This document shows positions 51,917 to 61,826 of a DNA stretch of 64,000 bases, one piece after another; position 1 is the stretch's first letter; each line of letters begins with the position of its first letter. Origin of the DNA: an uncultured Chloroflexia bacterium (lineage in GTDB: Bacteria; Chloroflexota; Chloroflexia; QHBQ01; JADMIH01). The notes under the pieces were generated by a model that was not told the origin of the DNA, did no database searches, and worked only from the letters and a program-made list of their open reading frames with translations. The DNA lies in contig CAWCNY010000001.1 of assembly GCA_963797095.1 (NCBI GenBank), forward strand, positions 160,001 to 224,000, given 5' to 3'. Made by a program: the position numbers and the translations under genes.

Positions 51917-52942
51917 TTAGAGTTGGATGCTTGGATCGAGGGCGTCACGCAGGGCTTCGGCTATATAGTTGAGAGAGAGGACAGTGATGAAAATCATAAA
52001 GGCGGGCAGGAAGGCGAGGTAAAGGCGAATGTCGTGAAAGGGACTGAAATCTATCAAAGCCAGGCGGAAGACGTAGGTTTGTGATGTGGCTATGAGGTTG
52101 CCCCAGGTGGGCGAAAAGCCGAAATCGATCCCGTTTCCGAGGTAGGAGAGGATGGACTCCCAGATGACGAAATCTCCGACCAGGAAGGTAGCTGCCACCA
52201 GCACCGGGGCAAGGGCGTTTGGGAGGAGGTGCTTCAGGATAAGCCTGCGGTTGCCGATCCCAAGCGCCCTGGATGCCTCCACAAAGGTCAGCGAGCGGAG
52301 GGAGAGGAAGGAGCCTCGCACCAATCTGCTCATACCCACCCAGCCGAAGATCACAAAGACAGCTACCATCGTTGCCAGGAAGATGATCGAGGGGTCGTCG
52401 TTTTGAGTGAAGAGGCGTGGGCTTCTTGGCAGGAAGGAAAGAGAGGTGTTTAGAAGGGTGTAGATAGTGGGCAGGGTCAGGACGAAGAGAGGTAGCAGCG
52501 GGATCGAGAGGAGTAGATCGGTAGTGCGCATGAGAAGCCAGTCCAGCCAGCCGCCGTAGAAGCCTGCAATGGCTCCGAAGAGTGTGCCCAGGAGAGTGGT
52601 CAGGATGGCAGATGAAAGAGCGACAGACAGGCTAACGCGCCCGCCTATCAGGAGGAGTGCCAGTTCATCCCTGCCAGACCTATCGGTGCCGAGGAAATGG
52701 ATGTTGCCGCCCTGACCGACCGTTCCGGCGGGCGCTAGCCAGAGGGTGGGCAGCTCGTTATAGGTGTCGTTGAAGGGGAGGAGTAGGGGGCCGATTACCA
52801 GGGAGAGCACCAGCAGGAAAAAGACGACCAGGGCAATCATGCCGCGACGATGCCGCCTGAACCTGTGCCAGACCAGTGACCACTGGCCTGCCGGTGTCCA
52901 ATTGGATTGTGGCTGGACAGGGTCTAGCGCTGACACGTTCAT
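51917..52942 (-). CDS. Peptide ABC permease (OppC/DppC-like)
   Basis: HFLGTDRSGRD, FVEASRALG, KHLLPN, ALRDALDP. Confidence 0.93.
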   Translation of the reverse strand: MNVSALDPVQPQSNWTPAGQWSLVWHRFRRHRRGMIALVVFFLLVLSLVIGPLLLPFNDTYNELPTLWLAPAGTVGQGGNIHFLGTDRSGRDELALLLIGGRVSLSVALSSAILTTLLGTLFGAIAGFYGGWLDWLLMRTTDLLLSIPLLPLFVLTLPTIYTLLNTSLSFLPRSPRLFTQNDDPSIIFLATMVAVFVIFGWVGMSRLVRGSFLSLRSLTFVEASRALGIGNRRLILKHLLPNALAPVLVAATFLVGDFVIWESILSYLGNGIDFGFSPTWGNLIATSQTYVFRLALIDFSPFHDIRLYLAFLPAFMIFITVLSLNYIAEALRDALDPSIQL

Positions 52943-53332
52943 GATTCACCGCCTGGCACTGTGGGTCCCTATACGCGTAAAGGGTGCATCCCTAATATAT
53001 CCCTGAGAAGTATGATCTGTTTGGATTTGGGCGGATATTGATGGGTTGAAGTTTCCGAGGTCAGGTTGTCATCCCTTCCAACAAAGAGGCGGATGTGGAA
53101 AACTCGTAACGGCGGCTATTGACCCGGATAGGGAAGGCAAGTATACTCACATCACTCCAAAGTTGAAGGTTCGCCTGACACAGCGGAGGAACAGAAATCC
53201 AGATGATCCCTCGTGGACTGTCTGGACTTTCTGTTTAATGTAGCTTGATCTTGTGGCTTTGGTAGCATAATTATGTTGGTATGCCGCGCTTCAAAGCGCG
53301 GCTATTCTCTTAAGAAGGAGATTGTCCTGGAG

Positions 53333-53806
53333 ATGAACAGCCAAGACGTGGGGCATCATGTGGAAAGAAGCGGCTCGATTCGGTTGCACAGCGCACCTGA
53401 TACGGTATTTCCTTTGTTCGGGCCCGACCGGGAGCGGGAATGGGCGGAAGGCTGGGAGCCTGAGGCGGTTTGGCCCGGTGCTGTGATGGCGCAGGAAGGG
53501 GCGGTGTTCCGCACGCAGCATGGTGCGATGGAGGCGGTGTGGGTGGTGAGCAGGTTCGATGCAGGAGAACGAGTGGTGGAGTATACGACTTTTCGGCATG
53601 AGGACCGTGTGACCAGGATAACCATACAGGTGGAGGCCGATGCGGGGCACGAAGGATGGTCTGTTGCTCAGGTCACTTATGCGCTTACGGCGCTGTCGGG
53701 TAGAGGCGCGATACACATGTCTCACTTCAGCGACGAGCACTACAGGGAAATTATGCAAGAGTGGGAGAGAGATATCAATGCGGTGCTTGCGCGAAGCGAC
53801 TCATGA
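53333..53806 (+). CDS. SRPBCC/START-like protein
   Basis: VFPLFGP.REREWAEGW, VTYALTALS, MQEWERDIN. Confidence 0.7.
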   Translation: MNSQDVGHHVERSGSIRLHSAPDTVFPLFGPDREREWAEGWEPEAVWPGAVMAQEGAVFRTQHGAMEAVWVVSRFDAGERVVEYTTFRHEDRVTRITIQVEADAGHEGWSVAQVTYALTALSGRGAIHMSHFSDEHYREIMQEWERDINAVLARSDS

Positions 53807-53958
53807 GGGCAGGACGGGGCAGCAAGAGCATTCTTGTACGAATTCACATGATTCAGATCCAATTCAGTTTGCTAGGCGTACCTTAAATGCAAGTGCCACT
53901 GTTATAGGTATCGGGCGTTACTCTGGCTTGCTTTTCGATAGTATGTGAGGAGGGCGCA

Positions 53959-54321
53959 ATGGGCCAGGGGCCTGTACTTGTGGTGGACGACGAGCCTGAT
54001 ATGGTGGCTCTGTTGTCTGATGTGCTGGAGAGTAAGGGTTACAGGGTTGTTTCCGCGACTGATGGTATGAAGGGGTTAGGTGTTCTGCTTATGGAACGCC
54101 CTGAAGTGGTTATTCTCGACCTGGATATGCCGGTGGTGGATGGGGTGAACTTCGCGAAATCGGCGGAGACTTATGGGATATCGCCGCCGATTATTTTGAT
54201 AACCGGCTATTCGGAGGTGCCACAGTGGGCCAAGCTGGTTGGCGCGATGGCGTACTTGCAAAAGCCGTTCGAGATCGACGAATTGCTGGCACTTGTTGGG
54301 GATGTCTACAGCAGAGGCTAG
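53959..54321 (+). CDS. Single-domain response regulator (receiver)
   Basis: VLVVDDE, LDLDMP, ITG, KPF. Confidence 0.92.
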   Translation: MGQGPVLVVDDEPDMVALLSDVLESKGYRVVSATDGMKGLGVLLMERPEVVILDLDMPVVDGVNFAKSAETYGISPPIILITGYSEVPQWAKLVGAMAYLQKPFEIDELLALVGDVYSRG

Positions 54322-54604
54322 GGGTTGTTCATAATCTTGTAACATCTTTCATCAGGAGGTTAGGTAGGAAGTGTAAAGTGGAATAAGAGCGTGATACGTC
54401 ATGTGTCGCAAGTCGTTCGCAGGGCGCTGGGCGATGCCGGTACATGACGCATCACGTAGCAATATGAGCGGCGGTTGGGGTGATATAATGAACGCACAAG
54501 GACAGATCGGTGGGGGAAATGCGCAGTCGGCGGTGGTAAGAGCCGTGCTGGCTGCGGCCAGAGCGCGGGGGCAACCTTCGCGCCTATCACTGGAGGATAG
54601 CCGC

Positions 54605-55324
54605 TTGAATGCGAGCAGTGGTACCAATACAGACGACCTTACGATCCTGGTAGTTGATGATGAGCCGAATATACTGGAGGTAGTGAGCGCTTATTTGAAG
54701 CGAGAGCTTTATCGCGTGGTAACGGCTGCCGACGGGGAAGATGCTCTCAAGCAAGTTGCCGAGCATAGCCCCGACCTGGTGGTGCTGGATGTGATGCTGC
54801 CGCGATTGGATGGGTTGGAGGTTTGCAGGCGAATACGGGCTACGTCCAATACTCCCGTGATAATGCTGACCGCGCGGGGCGATGAGACCGATAAACTGGT
54901 GGGACTTGGTATTGGGGCTGACGATTATTTGACCAAGCCGTTCAGCCCGCGCGAACTGGTAGCGCGGATCAAGGCGGTGCTGCGGAGGGCCGCGCCTGTT
55001 GCGCAGCCGCAGCCGGGGGCCGATAGCTTGCTCAAGTTTCCGGGGCTGAAGATCAACCCGCGCACGCGGGCTGTGGAGACGGACGCGGGGCCGGTGGAGT
55101 TGACGGCCAAGGAGTTTGACCTGCTCTTCTTCCTGGCAAGCCACCCGCAGGAGGTGTTTACGCGCACACAGTTGCTGGACCAGGTGTGGGACTATTCGTA
55201 TTACGGGGATACATCGACGGTGACGGTGCATGTGAGGCGACTACGCGAAAAGATCGAGCCGGATCCGATGAGGCCGCGCTATATTAAGACTGTATGGGGA
55301 GTAGGGTACAAGTTTGAAAGGTGA
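54605..55324 (+). CDS. OmpR family response regulator
   Basis: TTG start after GGAGGA; ILVVDDE, LDVMLP, KPFSPREL, HVRRLREKIE, TVWGVGY. Confidence 0.93.
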   Translation: MNASSGTNTDDLTILVVDDEPNILEVVSAYLKRELYRVVTAADGEDALKQVAEHSPDLVVLDVMLPRLDGLEVCRRIRATSNTPVIMLTARGDETDKLVGLGIGADDYLTKPFSPRELVARIKAVLRRAAPVAQPQPGADSLLKFPGLKINPRTRAVETDAGPVELTAKEFDLLFFLASHPQEVFTRTQLLDQVWDYSYYGDTSTVTVHVRRLREKIEPDPMRPRYIKTVWGVGYKFER

Positions 55325-56609
55325 TCCGAGATCCGAGATCCGAAGCCAAAGCTTGTTCCTGGTGGTGGCGCTGGGCGGGCTGGTGGTGGCGCTGGCGGTG
55401 GCGTTGATCTCCGCGCTGTTGGTGATGAACGCGCAGGAGAAGGACATTCAGGAACTGACGCGTTTTCTGTTGGTATCGGGGGTAGCGTCGATATTGCTTG
55501 GTGCCGTCGGTTTTCGGCTCGGATTGAGCAGACGCGTGCCTTCGCTGTCGATCACCATCGCGCTTGTGTATCTGGTGGGCGTGGCGGTTGTAGCGCTCAA
55601 CGTCATTTATACGTCGGTTAATATGTTTCTCTCGAAGCAGCACGACTTGCTGCTTCTCACTATTTTGCTGATCTTTTCGGCGGTAATCTCGCTCTTCTTT
55701 GCGATCTTTTTGTCGCAGAGCCTGGTATCGCGGCTGCGCGCGCTGCTTGGGGTGGCGCGACAGGTGGCGGGTGGGGACCTGACGGCACGCGTGGAGGTGA
55801 ATTCGCGGGACGAGATCGGGGAGTTGTCAACGGAATTCAATGGGATGGTGGAGCGGCTGCGAGAGATGCAGGAGCAGCGCGCCAAACTGGAGGCGTCGCG
55901 GAGGGAGCTGATCGCGGCGGTGTCGCATGACCTGAGGACGCCGCTGGCGAGCATGAGGGCGATGATCGAGGCGTTGAACGATGGGGTGGTGACCGATTCG
56001 GATACGGTGCAGAGGTATCTCAATACGATACAGAGCGAGACGCAGCACCTGGCTACGCTCATTGACGACCTGTTCGAGCTTTCGCAGATCGATGCGGGGG
56101 CGCTGAAATTGCACCTTGAGCCCACGTCGCTGGCCGACCTGGTGTCGGACGCGCTGGAGAGTATGAGCCCGCAGGCTGAGAAGAAGAAGGTGAAGTTGGA
56201 GGGGCAGGTGGAGGGGGAGATGCCCCGCGTGCCCCTGGACGCGCCGAGGATGCAGAGAGTGTTGTATAACCTGATCCAGAACGCCATCAGGCACACGCCG
56301 CAGGACGGCACGATCACGCTGACGGTAAGGGGGGCCACGGATGGAGTTGAGTTGACTGTGATGGATTCGGGTGAGGGAATACCGGAGACGGACCTGCCGC
56401 ATATTTTCGACAGATTCTACAGGGGCGAGCGGGCGCGTACCAGGGAAAGCCAGCATGGGCCGGGAGCAGGGTTGGGGCTTGCCATCGCGAAGGGGATCGT
56501 GGAGGCGCACGGCGGGTCGATCAGCGCCACATCAGAGCCGGGGCAGGGGGCTATTTTTCACGTAATGCTGCCAATAGTGGGCAGACCGGTGCGGGCACTA
56601 TCGATCTAA
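55314..56609 (+). CDS. HAMP sensor histidine kinase
   Basis: DEIGEL, SHDLRTP, NLIQNAIRH, DSGEGI, GAGLGL; N-terminus includes (GATCCGA)3. Confidence 0.95.
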   Translation: MKGDPRSEIRSQSLFLVVALGGLVVALAVALISALLVMNAQEKDIQELTRFLLVSGVASILLGAVGFRLGLSRRVPSLSITIALVYLVGVAVVALNVIYTSVNMFLSKQHDLLLLTILLIFSAVISLFFAIFLSQSLVSRLRALLGVARQVAGGDLTARVEVNSRDEIGELSTEFNGMVERLREMQEQRAKLEASRRELIAAVSHDLRTPLASMRAMIEALNDGVVTDSDTVQRYLNTIQSETQHLATLIDDLFELSQIDAGALKLHLEPTSLADLVSDALESMSPQAEKKKVKLEGQVEGEMPRVPLDAPRMQRVLYNLIQNAIRHTPQDGTITLTVRGATDGVELTVMDSGEGIPETDLPHIFDRFYRGERARTRESQHGPGAGLGLAIAKGIVEAHGGSISATSEPGQGAIFHVMLPIVGRPVRALSI

Positions 56610-56873
56610 GTTCGGCCACTTAAGTGCTTACATTCCGCTAGCATTATGATATAATTGACCTAGTTTGCTACGAAGGGGTAACAAACCCGACCTCATCACT
56701 TCACAAACATAAGGGTTCGCTATGTTGCGCGTGCCGGTTCTTATTTTTATAGAAGTTGGCATGCATATTGCACCAGACAGGCTCCACGGGCGTATATTTA
56801 ATGGACGGTCTTGCCACCCGTGGTGGGACCAGGCGCGTGTAGACTCACGAACTCTGAAGGAACCAACCCCCAA

Positions 56874-58787
56874 ATGACCCGAATCTTAGAGCGAATTAAT
56901 GGCCCTGCGGATGTGCGCGGGCTGACGACGCACGAACTTGAAAAGCTCGCCGTAGAGGTAAGGCAGGAGATTATAGATACGATTAACTCGGTAGGAGGGC
57001 ATTACGCCTCCAACCTGGGCACGGTGGAATTGACCGTGGCACTGCACCACGTGTTCAATTCTCCGATAGATAAGATCGTGTGGGACGTGGGACACCAGGC
57101 ATATCCGCACAAATTGCTGACCGGACGGCGCAACCGTTTCCATACTATAAGGCAGCATGGCGGCCTGAGCGGCTTCCTGGCGCGAGACGAGAGCGAGCAT
57201 GATGCTTTCGGGGCGGGCCACGCTTCGACCTCGATCTCGGCGGCGTACGGTATGGCTGTAGCGCGCGACTTGAAAGGCGAGGACAACCACGTGGTGGCCG
57301 TGATAGGAGATGGGGCGCTTACGGGCGGGATGGCCTATGAAGCTCTGAATAATGCAGGACATTCGGACAGGAGGTTTATCGTTATTCTGAACGATAACGA
57401 GATGTCGATCGCGCCGAACGTGGGGGCATTGTCCAAGTACCTGTATGGATTGCGGACGGACCCGCGGTATGAGAGCGCGAAGGATATGATGGAGAAGGTG
57501 CTTTCGCACATGCCGTTCGGGGATTTCCTGCTCGATTGGGGCAAGCACGCCAAGGACTCGGTGAAAGAGTTCGTGGTGCCGACGATGATCTGGGAGGAGT
57601 TGGGTTTCATCCACCTCGGCCCGGTGGACGGGCACAACGTGCGCGAACTGGTAGCGGTGCTGGAAGCGGCCAAGCAGGCCACCAAGCCGGTGTTTATACA
57701 TACCATCACGGTGAAGGGCAAGGGGCACGACGTGGCGGAGGAGGACGCGGTCAAGTGGCACGCAATCGCACCTCCGGGCAAGCCGGGCGCTCCCAAGCCG
57801 ACCGCGCCCAAGTTCCAGGATGTGTTCGCGGAGGCGTTGATCAAGGCGGCGCGCGAGGACGAGCATATAGTGGCGATCACGGCAGCTATGCCGGACGGCA
57901 CTTCGCTGAACAGATTTGCCAAGATGTTCCCCGATAGGTGCTTTGACGTGGGGATCGCCGAGCAGCACGCGGTGACATTCGCGGCGGGGCTGGCGTGCGA
58001 GGGGATCAAGCCTGTGTGCGCGATCTACTCGACGTTTTTGCAGAGGGCGTACGACCAGGTGATACATGATGTGTGCATCCAGAACCTGCCTGTGGTGTTC
58101 GCCATGGATAGGGGCGGGGTCGTGGGCGATGATGGGAGGACGCACCAGGGGGCCTTCGACATTTCGTATTTGAGGCCGATCCCGAATATGGTGCTGATGG
58201 CTCCCAAGGACGAGAACGAATTGCAGCACATGGTGTATACGGCGGTCAAGCACAATGGGCCTATCGCGTTCCGCTATCCAAGAGGCAATGGGTATGGCGT
58301 GAAGATGGACGAGGAACTGCACGAGATCCAGATCGGGAAGGCGGAAGTGCTGAAAAAGGGTAGCGACCTGGCGATTGTGGCCTACGGCAACCCGGTGTAC
58401 TCGGCGCTGGCGGCTGCGGAGATGCTCGCCGAGTGCGGTATCGAGGCTGCTGTGATCAACGCGAGGTTTGCGAAGCCCCTGGACGAGGAGCTGCTGGCGA
58501 ACCTGGGCGCGAACTTCACTCGGATATTGACTGTGGAAGAAGGAGCGGTGCCCGGCGGGTTCGGCGATGCAGTGCTTGAGTTCTTCCACGGGCATGATAA
58601 TTTGGTGGAGCCGAAGATCAAGGTGCTGGGGCTACCCGACGAGTTCGTGGAGCACGGGCCGCAGGCGCTGTGGCGCGAGCAGTTCAACCTTTCCGCCGAG
58701 GGGATCGTGCGGGAGGTGCAGAAGCACTTCGGCGACCTGTTTGAGACGGGAGTGGTGGTGCCGTTGCAGGCACGCACTTCCAAGTAA
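56874..58787 (+). CDS. dxs: 1-deoxy-D-xylulose-5-phosphate synthase
   Basis: WDVGHQAYPHK, GAGHASTS, GDGALTGG..NDN, GIAEQHA, YSTFLQRAYDQ. Confidence 0.97.
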   Translation: MTRILERINGPADVRGLTTHELEKLAVEVRQEIIDTINSVGGHYASNLGTVELTVALHHVFNSPIDKIVWDVGHQAYPHKLLTGRRNRFHTIRQHGGLSGFLARDESEHDAFGAGHASTSISAAYGMAVARDLKGEDNHVVAVIGDGALTGGMAYEALNNAGHSDRRFIVILNDNEMSIAPNVGALSKYLYGLRTDPRYESAKDMMEKVLSHMPFGDFLLDWGKHAKDSVKEFVVPTMIWEELGFIHLGPVDGHNVRELVAVLEAAKQATKPVFIHTITVKGKGHDVAEEDAVKWHAIAPPGKPGAPKPTAPKFQDVFAEALIKAAREDEHIVAITAAMPDGTSLNRFAKMFPDRCFDVGIAEQHAVTFAAGLACEGIKPVCAIYSTFLQRAYDQVIHDVCIQNLPVVFAMDRGGVVGDDGRTHQGAFDISYLRPIPNMVLMAPKDENELQHMVYTAVKHNGPIAFRYPRGNGYGVKMDEELHEIQIGKAEVLKKGSDLAIVAYGNPVYSALAAAEMLAECGIEAAVINARFAKPLDEELLANLGANFTRILTVEEGAVPGGFGDAVLEFFHGHDNLVEPKIKVLGLPDEFVEHGPQALWREQFNLSAEGIVREVQKHFGDLFETGVVVPLQARTSK

Positions 58788-58795
58788 GAAGGTTG

Positions 58796-58842
58796 GAATA
58801 AAGAAAAGCAGGTGGTCGGCAGCCACCTGCTTTTCTTTATTC
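58796..58842. terminator. 20-bp hairpin with A/T-rich base, likely bidirectional terminator
   Basis: GAATAAAGAAAAGCAGGTGG / CCACCTGCTTTTCTTTATTC right after the dxs stop. Confidence 0.85.
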
Positions 58843-58908
58843 GCGTAGAGAGCTCGGTTTTGGGTTGGCTGGCTTTGGAGTCGGGTTTGAAGTTTTTGGG
58901 GAGGAGAG

Positions 58909-59439
58909 TTGGAGAAGGAAGTGTTGCATATTGGGGCGGGCAGCAGGAAGATCAAAGGGGCGGTTACGCTGGATATCAATCCACGGCTGGAGCCGGATGT
59001 GGTGTGGGACTTGAACGTGTTCCCCTACCCGTTCGAGGATAGCAGGTTTGACCTGGTGGTGTGCGAGCACGTGATCGAGCACCTGGACCACGTGATCAGT
59101 GTGATGGAGGAGTTGCACCGGGTGACCAGGGCGGGCGGGAGAGTGCTTGTGAGAGTGCCGCATTTTTCGAGCCTGAACTTCAATACGGATCCCACGCATG
59201 TGCATGCTTTCTCGTCGCGCAGCTTCGATTATCTGTGCGTGGATACGCCTTTTGAGCGATATGATTACTCGACGGCGAAGTTCAGGAAGCTGGTGGGACG
59301 GATGGATATGCAGCCCCATACGGCGTTCAATAAGGCGTTGATGCGGGCGATCAACCGTTTTCTGGTGTTCTACGAGGAGCACCTGGCGTATATAATACCG
59401 GGGCAGGAGTTGTTGTTTGTGCTTGAGGTGGTGAAGTAG
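58909..59439 (+). CDS. Small class I SAM-dependent methyltransferase
   Basis: LHIGAG, PFEDSRFD..CEHVIEH, ELHRV..GG, DPTH. Confidence 0.88.
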   Translation: MEKEVLHIGAGSRKIKGAVTLDINPRLEPDVVWDLNVFPYPFEDSRFDLVVCEHVIEHLDHVISVMEELHRVTRAGGRVLVRVPHFSSLNFNTDPTHVHAFSSRSFDYLCVDTPFERYDYSTAKFRKLVGRMDMQPHTAFNKALMRAINRFLVFYEEHLAYIIPGQELLFVLEVVK

Positions 59440-59484
59440 GCGAGTGGCGAGTGACGAGTGGTGCGCGTTCGAGAGGAAAAAGGT

Positions 59485-60516
59485 ATGGAAACTGAGGACC
59501 GGAAAGCCGATCATATCAGGATTTGCCTGGAGGAGGACGTGTCGGGGCGGGGGGTGACTGCGGGGTTTGAGCGGTGGCGGTTTGTGCACCAGGCTTTGCC
59601 TGAGATCAACTTGCGGGATGTGGATAGTTCGCTGGAGTTGTGGGGGCGGAGGCTGAAAGCGCCTCTACTTATTTCGTCCATGACGGGTGGGACGGCGCGG
59701 GCCGGGGAGATCAACCGGAACCTGGCGCTGGGCGCGCAGGAGATGGGGATCGCGATGGGCGTGGGGTCGCAGAGGGCGGCACTGGAGCGGCCTGAGCTTG
59801 CGGAGACGTACCAGGTGAGGCAGTACGCGCCCGATATTACGCTGTTTGCCAACGTGGGGGCGGTGCAGTTGAATTATTCATATGGGGTAGCGGAGTGCAG
59901 GCGGGCGGTGGATATGATCGAGGCAGACGCGCTGATATTGCACCTCAACGCGATACAGGAGGCGGTGCAGCCGGAGGGGGATACAGATTTTGGCGGGTTA
60001 GTTGGGAAGATCGAGAAGGTGTGTCGTGAAGTGGGCGTGCCCGTGATCGCGAAGGAAGTGGGGTGGGGGATCTCGTCTGAAGTGGCGCTGGTGCTGTGGA
60101 ACGCTGGAGTGAGCGCGATAGATGTGGCGGGGGCAGGGGGAACATCGTGGAGCCAGGTGGAGGCGCACCGCATCGGGACTGAGAGGGGGAAACTGGTAGC
60201 CGAGGCGTTCGCGGGATGGGGGATACCTACGGTGGAGAGCTTGCAACTGGTGCAGAGGCTGACTATGCCGGAGGGTGGTGTGGTGTTTGCCAGTGGAGGG
60301 GTGCGGAACGGGTTGGACGTGGCGAAGGCAGTGGCGCTGGGGGCCACTTTGGCGGGGATGGCGCGGCCCTTCTTGAAGGCGGCGGCGATGTCGGCGGAGG
60401 CGGTGGTGGAAGTTGGCGGGGTAATTCAGGACCAACTGAGGATCGCTATGTTCGGGGTGGGGGTAGGCACTCTCGATGATATGCGACATACCCCCCATAT
60501 TGTGGAGATCAGATAG
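59485..60516 (+). CDS. fni: Type 2 isopentenyl-diphosphate isomerase
   Basis: RKADHI, SMTGG, GSQRAA, HLNAIQE.VQPEGD, KEVGWG, GAGGTSW. Confidence 0.95.
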   Translation: METEDRKADHIRICLEEDVSGRGVTAGFERWRFVHQALPEINLRDVDSSLELWGRRLKAPLLISSMTGGTARAGEINRNLALGAQEMGIAMGVGSQRAALERPELAETYQVRQYAPDITLFANVGAVQLNYSYGVAECRRAVDMIEADALILHLNAIQEAVQPEGDTDFGGLVGKIEKVCREVGVPVIAKEVGWGISSEVALVLWNAGVSAIDVAGAGGTSWSQVEAHRIGTERGKLVAEAFAGWGIPTVESLQLVQRLTMPEGGVVFASGGVRNGLDVAKAVALGATLAGMARPFLKAAAMSAEAVVEVGGVIQDQLRIAMFGVGVGTLDDMRHTPHIVEIR

Positions 60517-60517
60517 C

Positions 60518-60886
60518 ATGCAAGTGGTCGGGTTGGACCACGTACAGGTGGCCGCGCCTCACGAGCCTGATAGTGAGGAGAAGGCGCGCGCGTTTTACGG
60601 TGGGGTGCTGGGTCTGAGAGAGGTCGAGAAGCCCGACATCCTCAAGTCGAAGGGCGGGGTATGGTTCTCGCTGGGAAGCGTGGAGTTGCACATAGGGATC
60701 GAGGAGAGGTTCAGCCTGGCTCGGAAGGCGCACCCGGCGTTGTTGGTGCGTGGATTGGGGGAATTGCGCAAGAGGTTGGAGGGGTTGGGGTATGAGATCT
60801 TGGAGGCGGAGCAGATACCGGGCGTGGTGAGGTTTTACGTGTACGATCCGTTTGGGAACAGGATCGAACTGATGGAGAGAGCGTGA
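60518..60886 (+). CDS. VOC/glyoxalase family protein
   Basis: LDHVQVA, FY..VLGL, LHIG, KAHPA, DPFGNRIEL. Confidence 0.92.
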   Translation: MQVVGLDHVQVAAPHEPDSEEKARAFYGGVLGLREVEKPDILKSKGGVWFSLGSVELHIGIEERFSLARKAHPALLVRGLGELRKRLEGLGYEILEAEQIPGVVRFYVYDPFGNRIELMERA

Positions 60887-61467
60887 ACGGCGATAAGCCT
60901 GTGGGTGAGACGGTGGGGTGGCACCTTGAGGAGACCACTTACCCGTTTGTTACTCCGTGGGTGATTTTGAGACAGGATCGGATCGCGATAGATGGTTATG
61001 GGGAGATCGAGTACGCGTATCGCGAGAGCAGAGGTGCGGTTGTGATCGTGCCTGTGACACGAGATGGGAAGATGGTACTGATCAAGCAGTACAGGTGGAC
61101 GGTGGACGATTGGTGCCTGGAAGTGCCTGCGGGGGGGATGCACGACAGGGAAGGGGTGGAGCCGGAGGTCGTGGCGCGGGAGGAGTTGCACGAGGAGGCG
61201 GGGGCCACCTGCGAGGAGCTTGTGCTGGTCAGCGAGACTTATTCGAACAACGCGACCACCAACGAGGTTATGCGCGTGTACCTGGCGACGGGAGTTGAGC
61301 TGGGCGAAGCGGTGTCGCGTGAGGTGACGGAACGGATCGAGGTGGTGGTTGTGCCGGTGATCGAGGGAATCGAATTGGCGCGGCGGGGTGAGATGAAGGA
61401 TGCATTGAGCGCGCTGGCGGTGTTACAGTGCGAGCCGAGGTTGCGGGAGATGTGGTTGGTTGGATGA
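60883..61467 (+). CDS. NUDIX hydrolase (NudF-like)
   Basis: QYR..LEVPAGG..AREELHEEAG Nudix box. Confidence 0.9.
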   Translation: MNGDKPVGETVGWHLEETTYPFVTPWVILRQDRIAIDGYGEIEYAYRESRGAVVIVPVTRDGKMVLIKQYRWTVDDWCLEVPAGGMHDREGVEPEVVAREELHEEAGATCEELVLVSETYSNNATTNEVMRVYLATGVELGEAVSREVTERIEVVVVPVIEGIELARRGEMKDALSALAVLQCEPRLREMWLVG

Positions 61468-61505
61468 TATAGGGTGCGCATGCGCAGAGGGCGAGGGAGG
61501 TAGAG

Positions 61506-61826
61506 ATGCTGCTTGCGAGGAACGATGCTTCGACACCTGACAAGGGGTGGTATATGGACCTGTTCAGGCCCGAATTACCGGCCATTGGGTTTGCGAACGC
61601 GGGGATCAACGAACCGCATTATCACAGGGAGTTGCGAGAGATCTATCTGGTGGCGCGGGGCAGCAGCAGGATGGTAGTAGACGGTGAGGAGATCGTACTG
61701 AACGCCGGGGACGTGATTGTAGTTGAGCCTGGGGAGACCCACACGTTTGTGTGGAATTCCGAAGATTATCTTCACTTTGTGTTGCACTGCCCTATGATCC
61801 GGGGCGATAAGGTGGTTGTTCCATGA
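61506..61826 (+). CDS. Cupin domain protein
   Basis: HYH..EIYLV..G, GDVIVVEPGETH. Confidence 0.88.
   Translation: MLLARNDASTPDKGWYMDLFRPELPAIGFANAGINEPHYHRELREIYLVARGSSRMVVDGEEIVLNAGDVIVVEPGETHTFVWNSEDYLHFVLHCPMIRGDKVVVP

Noticed and set aside
54401-54604. N-terminal extension of the OmpR regulator
   Set aside because: A TG-x-TATAAT element at 54481-54489 and a GGAGGA-TTG start at 54605 give a normal-length protein
56630-56873. TPP riboswitch upstream of dxs
   Set aside because: Long leader with hairpins, but it lacks the CTGAGA motif and the conserved 3' TPP-box pattern
56886-58595. Long antisense ORFs (569 aa here; also 6604-7779, 27897-28850, 41734-42849)
   Set aside because: Shadow frames of real high-GC genes, with no recognisable motifs
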